From Sphacelaria rigidula (taxonomy: Eukaryota), in NCBI GenBank assembly GCA_964200075.2, contig CAXNAA020000038.1:1-32664 (forward strand): a stretch of DNA of 32,664 nt, given 5' to 3'. This document shows positions 1-9,925 of the stretch, one piece after another (the first letter of the stretch is position 1; each line of letters begins with the position of its first letter). A program made the position numbers and the translations under genes. The notes under the pieces were generated by a model. That model did no database searches. It worked only from the letters and a program-made list of their open reading frames with translations, and was not told the DNA's origin.

Positions 1-1302
1 TCCCATTTCGATTTACGTGAAGATTTCGGCTCCCAAAACCATGCACTTTTTTGGGGGGGGGCTATCGTAGAAAGTGTCAACTCTGCCTGTAAGGGTGCGC
101 GAATCCTGCAGCCTATCACTGGTTCATCCTGCCAGTAACGATTCGAATCGGAGCTCGCGGAGTGGATGGCTGCATGCATTCCACAGCAGCAGCTCTACAC
201 GCAAGGTTAACGGTGGTACCAAGGGGTATGCTCACATGTTGTTCGGCCCGTCGCATCAGCACAAATGTGTTGCTTTCACTATAATTAGTTCGAGTTATGT
301 TGCAAAATCGTCAACACAGGAGAAAGCTCCAGGGATACTGTCGTCCTGTGGTGTCTTGATTGTCGTAAGATGCCGGTTCAAGACGTTTCGAAACAGCAGA
401 TACCGTTACGCTCCCGGATGTAGCCGAGAAAGTGGACTTCGTTTCGAACGCCCGAAGTGGCTGTCGGGTTCAGACAGTAATTATGAAGTTGTGCTTGAAG
501 ATCGTCTCGGGAAGTAGGAACCGTTTTCAAACGACACTAGCAAAATTACCTTCCTTGTGAACCCGCCGAGGATATTAACGTGGTCACAATGTATCTTCTA
601 AGCATATTGCCGAAGGTACAGCATACCAGAAGAAGAATGGATTGATTCCCAGCGCCTGGTATCCCAGAGGGGATATTGGAGACTGGGTTGTGATACAGAG
701 AAAACTCGGAAAATTAGTGCTCGTGCTGAAGCTGTTGGTGTATGACTTTGACCACGGAGGCGGTCAAGCTGGGCATATCAACGCCAACGTCGCTGACATG
801 GCCGGTTCGAATTTCGACAGATGTATCTCTTGGGCTGAATCTGGTTCGCGTTGTGGAAAGCGTAAGAAAGCGTGCGGCGAGACAAAACGTTGATCAAAAT
901 TGTACGGGGTGCAGCATTACCGATACAACGATCAACGATAGTATGACAAGTGTGTACTAGGAGGTAGATTAGTTGATTCGGAAGACTACGGACTCACCTC
1001 AACGAAGGCGGTTGGAGAGGGGGTTCAAATCTTTGACGAAAAGCGAGAGGTATCTCTGAAGTGTTCTGCTGGGAATACGCGCGCGATTCTGCAATCGCGA
1101 GGCCAAATGCAGTTCCAGTTCATGATGGGCGCATTTCTTATCTTGTCTGGGACAAGTCCCCGTGTGCTCCTTGAGAGTTTTTTCAAAACACAACTTGCTC
1201 GCAACGGGAAAATCTGTTGAGGTAACAAAATCTACAAAATATATTACATAAATCGCGTTTTGGCGTCTTGAAGACACACACGTCGTCGCAAATCGTTCCT
1301 AC

Positions 1303-1500
1303 CTGGCCACGTGTCGGCCACTCCACTGAGACCAAAGCCTCGATCACCAGCGGCCAGGTTAGACTCAACGCGTCGCAATGGGAAATTTTGGGATCTTCCC
1401 AGATACGTTGTGCGCCTTCCTCTCTTGCCACCAGCGACCCTTCTCGTTCCCGTCGAGTTTGGTTGAGCGCGTCCGCATAATGTCGCGTCAAGCGTATTAT
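1303..1500 (-). CDS. Candidate downstream exon of the large minus-strand gene (IIRLTRHYADAL...LTWPLVIEALVSVEWPTRGQ)
   Basis: Acceptor gtacttgtAG| at 1501, donor CAG|GTAGGA at 1302; 198 nt open, phase 0/0. LTWPLVIEALVSV resembles the closing helix of the gene's other helical repeats. Linkage to the gene is inferred. Confidence 0.35.
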
Positions 1501-1769
1501 CTACAAGTACATCGTGATCCCCACCTAATTTCGGGTTAGGGTCGAGGATGCGGTTGGCGTCAGAGGGTAACCTTGGAGCATATGGTTTAAGTTTCAAGAC
1601 ACAAGTCGATACTATCACCGTTCGCACCACATTATTAGATGAAGATGAGGGGTCAAAGTTATGTTTCAGCGGTCTGTCTCACGCTCTGTATCGCATACTC
1701 GTCTTATGCATCAAAGAACATCGCTAGGAATAAATCAGGGTGGCTACGATCAGGCTTCAGGGTAGCATA

Positions 1770-2036
1770 TCATTCGTAGATGCTAAAGGCTGGGGCCTGA
1801 AGCTCACGATCAATATTTTTGTCGGCTTCACCTAATTTCGACGCGATATCCGCGTCTGCTGTGGATACAGCTGAGGCTGTAGGGATGTCGAGCCTGCTCT
1901 CTTGAGCAAGGGTACGCACATCAGCCGCACGGCTCCGCGGTGGTGCACTTGTGCATCTCTGGTGTGTAGACGGCAATGGTGGATGAAGGTAGCCGACCTC
2001 TGCATCTGTGAGCCCTAGGACTCCCGGGAAAGCAAC
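1770..2036 (-). CDS. Candidate exon: either terminal (to TGA at 1770) or a 39-nt exon 2036-1998 spliced to 1500
   Basis: Acceptor aaaatacAG| at 2037, phase 0, matching the GCG|GTAGGA donor at 2172. An alternative donor GAG|GTCGGC at 1997 gives VAFPGVLGLTDAE-IIRLTRHY. I cannot choose between the two. Confidence 0.35.
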   Translation of the reverse strand, partial: VAFPGVLGLTDAEVGYLHPPLPSTHQRCTSAPPRSRAADVRTLAQESRLDIPTASAVSTADADIASKLGEADKNIDRELQAPAFSIYE

Positions 2037-2172
2037 CTGTATTTTACAACCCACAAAGTGCATCAAGTACTGATTCAGCCGGGCATTTGACACCAACACA
2101 CGAAGTTGCTTTAAATGACGACTTGAGATGTCAATGAGGATATTGTCCGCCTTGGTCCCGTCGCGGTCCTAC

Positions 2173-2329
2173 CGCATCTACTCTGGTTAGGGCTGCGTCC
2201 TGTAGTACTATTATTAGAGACTCCGGGTCTGTCTGGGGCAGTTGCGGGGCTGCTTTTCTAACAACATTTTTGTTGCAGAAACTGCAGAAACTCCTGACTT
2301 GAAATAAATCTGAACGCATCTGGAGGAGT
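2173..2329 (-). CDS. Exon completing the second helical repeat (ISSQEFLQFLQQ / NVVRKAAPQLPQTDPESLIIVLQDAAL); apparent +1 frameshift
   Basis: Acceptor gactttttcAG| at 2330, phase 0, matches the previous exon. As given, the frame stops at TAG 2258-2260. Removing one base from the T5 run at 2267-2271 joins it to the 2131-2346 frame up to donor GTAGGA at 2172. Confidence 0.55.
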
Positions 2330-2994
2330 CTGAAAAAGTCGCACATGTTTCAGACTCAAGGAAGCATAATCGACACCAACATCGAAACTCACGCGCATAC
2401 GGGCGGAACGAACGTGTTGACGGGATTTGTCACTACGAAATTTCGTGTGCCTTTGTGTACCGTTTGCCTCGTAAGCCCGATTTTGTGCAAGTACCCAGAA
2501 CCTAGCCGGCTGAGTGATGATTAAAACATTCCCAAGCTTTGCGTGTAAGGATAAGGAGTAAACACGTTGTTTAGGCATGTATACCGCCCGGCACCCACTA
2601 CTCGAAAATCTGAATCAGATGTTGCATTTTGTCTGTCACACTAGTGCTGTAGTGCATGGCTGTACACACCTCCTTTCTCACGTTTACGAGCGAGCGGGGT
2701 GAATTGGTCGTCGAAATGGTGCATGGCCGCTGTTTGCGCACGATTTGCAGAAAATTGCACTAATCCGTCAAGGCAGCACTAGATCTGCCATAACCTTTCG
2801 GTCACTGCACGGACAACCCCGTGAGGAGGCTACGGCATCAGTTGCTCCCAAGTATTTGCATTTCAATCTAGCCCTTGTGCCGTAGTAACACACTGATTCG
2901 TCCAATCACAGCTTGATGTATGTATGGCCTGAAGCATGCTCAAGCCAGATGTCGATTGGGCATACGTAGAGACGTGCACGTCCGAGCGCGGTAC

Positions 2995-3091
2995 CTCCTT
3001 GTAGGCATTGAGGATCTCCCTGGTTGTCACTAGGCCCTGGCGAAGCTCGAACGAATCACAGAACCGAAGTAGATCTGGAAGAGTCATCTCC
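2995..3091 (-). CDS. Exon of large gene: EMTLPDLLRFCDSFELRQGLVTTREILNAYKE (p25-alpha/EF-hand-like repeat core)
   Basis: Pyrimidine-rich acceptor ...atcaaacAG| at 3092, donor GAG|GTACCG at 2994; 97 nt, phase 2/0. Splices in frame to the 4099 donor, giving LNVAFEAYARLLASGGR-EMTLPDLLRFCDSF. Confidence 0.75.
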
Positions 3092-4098
3092 CTGTTTGAT
3101 ATATTGAAGGCAAGTGCGGGAAATAAAGTCAACAACATTGTACGCGTTAGCGCGCGTGAGACGGAAGCGATGATATCACGCCCCAGAAATGTTGCTGGCA
3201 ACGATTGGCTTTCTCGGCGAAGTGCGCACACTTGTGTGCAGCACACATCGAACAGAGCTTTTTAAAATATCGAAGGGTCGAGAAGGAAACAGATAGTCAC
3301 AAAGCATCTCGTGGTAGTTTGCGTGAAATATGCGAATCGTGGGAGCCAAGGTCAAGGAGTTGTTTTCGTCGAGTGACTCAGGTGGCGAGCAAAGCACCCA
3401 CTAGATTCAAGCAATACAGTCCGGGGCTGAATTAACCGCAATCAACGTCTTGGTGGGTGTCATGACGATTATATAAAAAGTGAATCCGTGAATGTAAATT
3501 CCCTTTCGTTGGGTGCACGATACAAGAATTATTCGACTGTTATAGCCTATGTACGGGGCAACTGTGCAGGAATCGAACCAATACGCGATTGTGCAGACAT
3601 GAACCCATGAAGATGCGTGCCGGACACGACATGCAAGCGGGAAAAGCTACCAAAACATTGTACAAACAACATGGATGAATCTCAACTCACCACACAGTAC
3701 GCAACTCTGCTATTCATTCTCTACGCGAGTAGTTAAAATGCAGAGAACGTGATGGAAGTAACTATTTTTGCTATCAAAGAGACTCATGAAGCTAAAATCC
3801 GAGTACGGATTGCGAGGTATAAGTCTCACGAGATCAAAGGAACGATAAGCATGAGCAATATCAACGAGGCCTGAAATATTATGCTTTTAATTTCATTGGA
3901 TGTGGTGTCAACAACTTTGCTGCGTCAGGTACAAGTATATTCATCACACTGTTCGTAGGCAAACGCCGCAACACTCCATCAAGTTGCACCCGGTACAACT
4001 ACACAGAGCACACTAGCTACTCTTCTGTTACAACGCCTTCTCTCCAAACCAAATGCAGAGGGAACAGGGGGGGGGGAGATATGTGTCTAGCTGCTTAC

Positions 4099-4326
4099 CT
4101 GCCGCCGGAGGCCAAGAGACGAGCATACGCCTCAAATGCGACGTTCAAGCTGACTCTGTTCCTGTCCAAAACCTGCACGGACGATTTTTCGGGCCATATT
4201 GATAATCTCCTTGTTTCAGGGGGGCTTCTTGGTATCAACGAAGCAACCCTTCCTTCACTCCACGCTAGGTTGTCGGACCTTGAATAGCACTTCCGCAGCT
4301 CGTCAAATTTCGTCGGAGATATTGTC
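4099..4326 (-). CDS. Exon of large gene ending VQVLDRNRVSLNVAFEAYARLLASGG(R); 5' boundary uncertain
   Basis: The ORF 4095-4361 stop is part of a strong AG|GTAAGC donor (4093-4098), phase 2. The in-phase acceptors I found are weak AAG sites. Confidence 0.6.
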
Positions 4327-4881
4327 CTTGCAAATATTATCCCGCTTGTGGACGGCGGCAAGCGGAATCATGCAAAGTTTGTCTACAGCAGCAAATTGCA
4401 CTTCACAAAATACAACCAAGGTGTTGGGGTGACAGTTTGATCACTAAGGTGAAGGACAATCAGGCCTACTGTCAAGTCTTATTCCATCAGCGGAAGCATG
4501 AGATCAGCATGGTCTCTATCTCCTTGTGCCGGTAAGTGATGTATCATGCTTTCGTGTATAGGTGCGTATGTCGGCGTTCGATATTAAAATCCACGAGAAG
4601 CGGTACGATACGTGCGATCTCACTCGCAAAAACGACGGACACAAAAACTACGTGAAGCGTTCGGTAAAGATCAACGGTTCGGACCAAAGCTGTGCTTTAC
4701 ATATTTTCTTGAAAATGGAGTGTGTAAATATTTTGTGGTAACAAACTCAGAGACGTCTTCACAGTCGTGGGTGGCCGAAATCGCCAACTAGTTCGCTCTT
4801 ACTGAGAATAAGACTGGATAAGCCTGGCACTGCCGGGGATGGTGTGAAAAGCCTTGCGTCGTGGGAAAACAGCCATAGTAC

Positions 4882-4970
4882 CTCACATTATCAAATTTAC
4901 GCAATTGCGCGGATTTTTCCCCTGCTTCCAACGTCGACAGGTGTTCACCATCACAATACGGAAACGTATC
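4882..4970 (-). CDS. Candidate small linking exon (DTFPYCDGEHLSTLEAGEKSAQLRKFDNV)
   Basis: tttcgtacAG| at 4971 and AG|GTACTA at 4881; 89 nt, phase 0/2, which is the phase change needed between the flanking exons. No homology support. Confidence 0.3.
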
Positions 4971-5390
4971 CTGTACGAAACATCTGTAATACCTGCTGCG
5001 CAGCGATACAGCATGAACGTCGACTACTCCAACACTGACTAGAGTATGTGGGGTCGATTCGAGAATTGCTCAAAAATTGAAAACCGTGTTGGCTTCAAGG
5101 CTTTAAACGTGAAAACGCGGTAGTGAATTTGAGTCCACGTTTGACAGTACCTGAATTACTACTACTGTCTCAACCTTGGCATTCGTCTCTGAACAGTATT
5201 GGTTTAAGGCCGCCAAACTTTACGCGGTCAAACAGAGCCAGTGTACGCTTGGAAATGCAGCCTGCGACATGGCCGCACAAATACAATATAGTTGCAAGTG
5301 ACACGACAGTTCTGGTTGTTCGGCATCAACCGAGCAACGTGTTTGTTCAACTTCATACTTCTTTTTTGTTTGAAAGGGAGAAAAAGTCAC

Positions 5391-6615
5391 CTTCTCAACG
5401 CCCTTCCGCATCAGTCTGGAGCTCGCCATCCGCGCTGTCTGTACCGGGCTAGAGCACACAAAACTGGGTCGAGATGAAGCAGCTGCTTCTCGCGATGCAA
5501 GTGCACTCGTGGGGTCACCGCCCGCAGCACTATCGATACCATTCTCCCCACCCCCGCTGCTGCCACCCTTACCCGCACCCGCTCCCCTCGTATCACCAAC
5601 ATCACCAACATCACCAACATCACCACCATCACCACCGTCACCACCAACACCAACACCAACACCAACACCAACACCCCCAACCCCAATACCAACACCACTA
5701 CCGCTACCGCTACCGCTATCAATCTCATTTCTTGGGTGTATGGTTTCCGTATCGCGCTGGATAATGGTGCCTGCAGCAGATCTCACGGCACCAGGAATAC
5801 CAGTGAGTTTCGGAGCAAGTGATACCTGTTGCAGATGCAAGGAAGATCTTGCACGAGAACACAAGCGCGAAAACTCACACGGCATTTCTTCTTCGTCATA
5901 ATCTGGAAATGCAAATATCTCGCTAGTCTCTCGCAACAGCGTACCGGACTCTTGGCGGGATGACACTGACGTTTGCGCAGCTCGCGGATTTGCGTCATAT
6001 CCACCAATTTCTTGCCCTCGAGATGTCCGCGGACTCACTTCTTCCGAGCCGAACGGCGATTCCACCTGCCCTGATCTCGCCGAAATCATATGAGATAAAG
6101 ACTCGTGTCCCAGAGGCTCCTGCGCCACATCGGGCGCTGATGATGATAGTTGCCGTACCGGTCGGTCAAGCCCAGGGCCGCTGTCTTGGACGCCACGACT
6201 TGTCTCAATTAAGTCAGAGTCCCGCTTGGTAGGTTCGATCAAGCAACTCAGTTTGGGCTCGTTGATCGTCAAACTCGAATCCAGTGCAGATGATGCTGCG
6301 AGTGACGCGAGCGACAAAATAGATGATGCCCGTGGGGATCGCTGCGGTACTTTTGGGGTAGGTGAGGGCTGAGCATTCCGTACCACAACCGAGTCATCAA
6401 CGAGAGAGGGTCGATGCCTAGGCCCGCCGCTCTGTGATCCCGCTGGTGCTTTCCTTGCGCTTGATGTGGGTATTTCCGGGACTACTGGTTGGTCTGTAAG
6501 GGCTAGTAGAATGCTGCGGACTGCGGATGCATTCACAACAACTTTATGTGCTGCCCGCGGAGGGCGGCGAACCGTCTGTTCCGGAATCGTTTGCGCCATC
6601 GCTGGCACCGACTGC
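5391..6615 (-). CDS. Large exon, Ser/Pro/Gly-rich disordered region with a Gly-rich repeat
   Basis: Lies within the 510-aa ORF 5220-6752. Acceptor tatttcaccaatacAG| at 6616 (phase 2, matches the 7247 donor), donor AAG|GTGACT at 5390; 1225 nt. An extra small exon near 6.7-6.9 kb is not excluded. Confidence 0.65.
5593..5720. repeat. Compound coding microsatellite (CACCAACAT, ACCAAC and ACCGCT units)
   Basis: Directly visible; encodes GSGSGSGVGIGVGGVGVGVGVGVGGDGGDGGDVGDVGDVGD on the minus strand. Confidence 0.95.
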
Positions 6616-7246
6616 CTGTATTGGTGAAATAGCGATGGAGCACGGAAGAACACGTCGAAGCTTCTGATCCTTGCTTCACAGAACAGTGTACTGGTATGGC
6701 TGACCGTATGACCAATCTCGTGTCTAGTGCCGAGTTCCCGGTTCGGGTTCACTTCATGTTTGATGTAAGACTGCCAAAATCGCTCGGCCGATCCCTATGC
6801 TGTTATCATGTGCGGGAGACCTGGTGATGGCAGGCAAATGAACGGCTACATGCCAGAGCGAGGTGCTGCTGACGCCAACATTTTCGTCCAATCCCCGGAC
6901 TCCTCGGCTCTAGGGGATACGTTCAGGGAGAGGGACAAGACTTGATCGAACCTTCCCCGAAGACACTCATTTATGAAACGTGCTTAAAACGGTGTCTTCG
7001 GGAGGTTTGAGAGCAGAAATGCAATACAAACTTCTTGTTGACAAAATCCCCCGGGTCTCGATAAGGTCAAGCATCGACCTTGATGGTGTTTCAAAGGAAC
7101 AAGACACAGTTCAGGCGTACAACCCATACCACTCACCGAAATAAACCGCATAATTACGATGAAGAAAGTATTTTTGTCTGTTCATCTCAACAAGGCGGGG
7201 GGCAGCCTCACCACGATACCACAGTAATTTCCGCAGAGTACCATAC

Positions 7247-7420
7247 CTTAATCGCGTTTGAGCGGAGCTAGCGAGCGTAAAGAGCACGGCGAAAAGTCCT
7301 TCCACGCCCACTCTTTCCTCTCTCTGATGCTGGGAACAGAGAAAGCCATCAGGAGCCCCCCTGCCGGCGCGGGCATAATCTACGCCAACCGCGAGCCGTC
7401 GGCACTCTGGTCGCCCACAC
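7247..7420 (-). CDS. Exon with a second, degenerate EsV-1-7-like motif (CGRPECRRLA...FLCSQH) and the closing helix of the first repeat (VGVEGLFAVLFTLA)
   Basis: Acceptor acacaaacAG| at 7421, donor AG|GTATGG at 7246; 174 nt, phase 2/2. Splicing gives ...GMTDTSPR-CGRPEC, the usual spacing between tandem EsV-1-7 repeats. Confidence 0.7.
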
Positions 7421-7826
7421 CTGTTTGTGTACATAGTAGTTCAAATTTCTGCGTAGCGGCGTTTCAGCGATGCTACGACTACCCACAGCGGAAATGTTTT
7501 TCGCAGCTCTACGCATTATTGTCTGGCCGACGCAGGAAAGCTATATTGGGGAACGACGCGCTACTCCTCGTGATGAAGGCACTCTTGTTCAGCCCAACAT
7601 AAGCCGAGGGAACATATCACGAAGCGAGAACCTCACGATGGAGGGAAGGTTTCGCAGCCATCGTTCGACATCCCAAAGGATCTGAATTGAGTGGGAGGTG
7701 CATCTGAGCCCGAAACCCTACAGATGCCTCGTCTAGTGACTCATAATGACTTTTCTGGACGTATCTCATTATGTTCAAGGATAGTGATAGATAGACTTTG
7801 CGTACCGGAATGTGTCTTTATCTCAC

Positions 7827-9225
7827 CTCGGACTCGTGTCCGTCATGCCATCCAGGCGGTGCTTGCGGCAATACATCGCCTTTGACGCTAGTCCGATAGT
7901 TCCATATCGTGCTGCTTCCGAGCACCCAACGGCTATGCACAGCCTCAACCGGACCTCTCCTCCCTGTGATTTTTGTTCCACTTTTGATCCCGGTACAGGA
8001 TATATCCCACTCGCGATATCAGCACAAGCCAAGAACTTTGTCAAAGGTGGCATTTGTGCCTTTTGGGTGGACCGACTGTTTGATAACGCATCCGTACAGG
8101 CAGCTGTCGCAGACACGGCGGCGTCACTTTGTGTGCGATCGATCGCTTCCCACCACTTCAACGCGAGATCCACGTCAGCGTCGAGAACGGTGACTCCGTC
8201 AACCAGCTTACACGTTTTCACAAATTTCCGTACTCGTAGTAGGGAGACACCGAGTTCTGTCTGCCGGACTCCTGTAGCACCCTCTGCTTCGCCAGGTATA
8301 GCGCTCCGTTTGTTCTCACGTCTATAGTATGGGCGTATACTAGCAGAATCACGGGTGTGGAACGACGAAAAAGAATACCGCTGCGCTCTGTCTCGGAATA
8401 TTGTGGCCACCGTCGCCATTCTTTGACTTTGAGGCGCTAACATCCAGAGTGAGGCTTCAAGCGCGAACACAACTTTCTGGGATAGATGGTCGTCCCATCC
8501 TCCGGACAGTCCACCCCAACGTAAATCTCTCTTCGCTGCATCGACACCGCATACCTCAAGATCCGACACACCCCGCCCGTGTTCTGCCTTTGCATTAATC
8601 GCATTCTTGGTTGGCATCAGCTGGATAGTCCCTGGCAGAAGAAGCTTCCTCACGTGACCTCGCAGATAGGAAGCAGATCGTCCGGATCCCAAGCATTTCC
8701 AATTGTCTGCACCCAGGATACGTCGCATCCGTGCCATCCACACCTCCACACTCCCCCACTGTTCTATCGTTAGTCTACCCGCCTGAGCGGCAAGCTCCTC
8801 GATGTCCACACTGCCCTCCTCGTCTGTATTGATGGCAGGTTCCGCAGAGTTTAATAGTGGCCCCGCGACAGATGGCGGGTGAGATGACCGCCGTGCTCGC
8901 ACCGAAGGGGTAGGGAGCGCCGAATTCTCCTTTGACTCCCCTGGCAATTCCATGGCGAGGACTGAAGCCTGTCCAAGCTGCACTGTCTCTTCCTCAGCGC
9001 AGTTGATAGGCTCAATGTTGGCTGCTGCTGTTGCTGCTGCGTTGGTTCTTGCCGCTGGTGCAAGCTTGGTCATTTTTTGACCAGCTGTTGAACTTTGCGT
9101 GTCGGTGCCGAGTCTACGGAAGCACGTTTTGGTACGTCGCGGTTTGGTGGGTGAGCGTTGCCTGACCAGTGCGGGGTGCAGGGCATCGATCAGCGCGCAA
9201 CGCCGCTTGATACCCGGTGTGTAAC
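7827..9225 (-). CDS. Large exon with a p25-alpha/TPPP-like segment (RKFVKTCKLVDGVTVLDADVDLAL, 8150-8248) and an EsV-1-7 motif (CIAVGCSEAARYG...KAMYCRKHRLDGMTD, 7838-7939)
   Basis: Lies within the 559-aa ORF 7823-9502, whose stop is part of the AG|GTGAG donor (7822-7826). Acceptor catgacAG| at 9226 (alternative at 9359). Motifs recognised by eye from remembered consensus; no HMM run. Confidence 0.75.
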
Positions 9226-9560
9226 CTGTCATGGGTAAATATATATGGCTTACTGTGAAGGATACACAGAGTCTTTCATCCATAGGACTAGTATCGAGCG
9301 CGTCATCTGCTAGGGTTCGGGTTAGGTGAGTCACACTCGGTTTGAAGCCTTCCGACTTCTGACAGCAGGAAAAAACTACGCGATATGTCTTGGTGAATGG
9401 ATCACGAACATACGACGCATTTCGATTATCCACTAAAAGCCCCCAATCCGCGACAAGCATTATGGAACAGTTTGCGATATGCCTACCTAGCCGGTCGACC
9501 ATATATTCATCTGAGTTAACATAAATTACAAAATCAAGCTATACTGCCCGCTACACTCGC

Positions 9561-9664
9561 CGGCCAGATCCCGTTTCTTGTTGGTATTTTCTGGACACAA
9601 TCGTTTGAAGCCCGGAGGGTGGTGGCTCCTGGCAGGTAGGGATATGGCCCCTGCGTTGGTATCC
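9561..9664 (-). CDS. Candidate 104-nt exon with a GC donor
   Basis: Acceptor tattgtttcgcAG| at 9665 (phase 2 matches the 9926 donor). The donor CCG|GCGAGT at 9560 gives phase 1, matching the acceptor at 9226. Confidence 0.4.
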
Positions 9665-9925
9665 CTGCGAAACAATATTTCGATGACAACGAGGCACGAT
9701 ATCGATGAAGTGTCGAGTTGCGGCAAACAAAACAAAAAAATGAATGTTGAATTTCCAGCGTGGGCAACCTCTGCGAATCGATTATTTGTTACCAAACACT
9801 ACGGGAAAACGCAGGTTCAAGGTACAAACTCTGTTCCCTGCGAGCTGCAACGCAAGTTGGGGGAAAGCCGGGACCAGAAAAAATGGGGTCAGTTGCCTAC
9901 TTGTATCTCGGTTTTTGCCACTCAC

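Noticed and set aside
715-1213. Further minus-strand exons around a strong-looking intron at 997-841
   Set aside because: The splice signals look real, but I could not link a stop-free frame to the upstream exons.
5411-5901. Poly-His, Pro-rich extensin-like and hydrophobic ORFs
   Set aside because: Alternative-frame readings of the microsatellite inside the minus-strand exon.
7327-7939. Integrated phaeovirus/NCLDV segment suggested by the EsV-1-7 motifs
   Set aside because: The motifs lie in an intron-rich host-type gene and are separated by a spliceosomal intron. No viral core genes or dense intronless ORFs are present.
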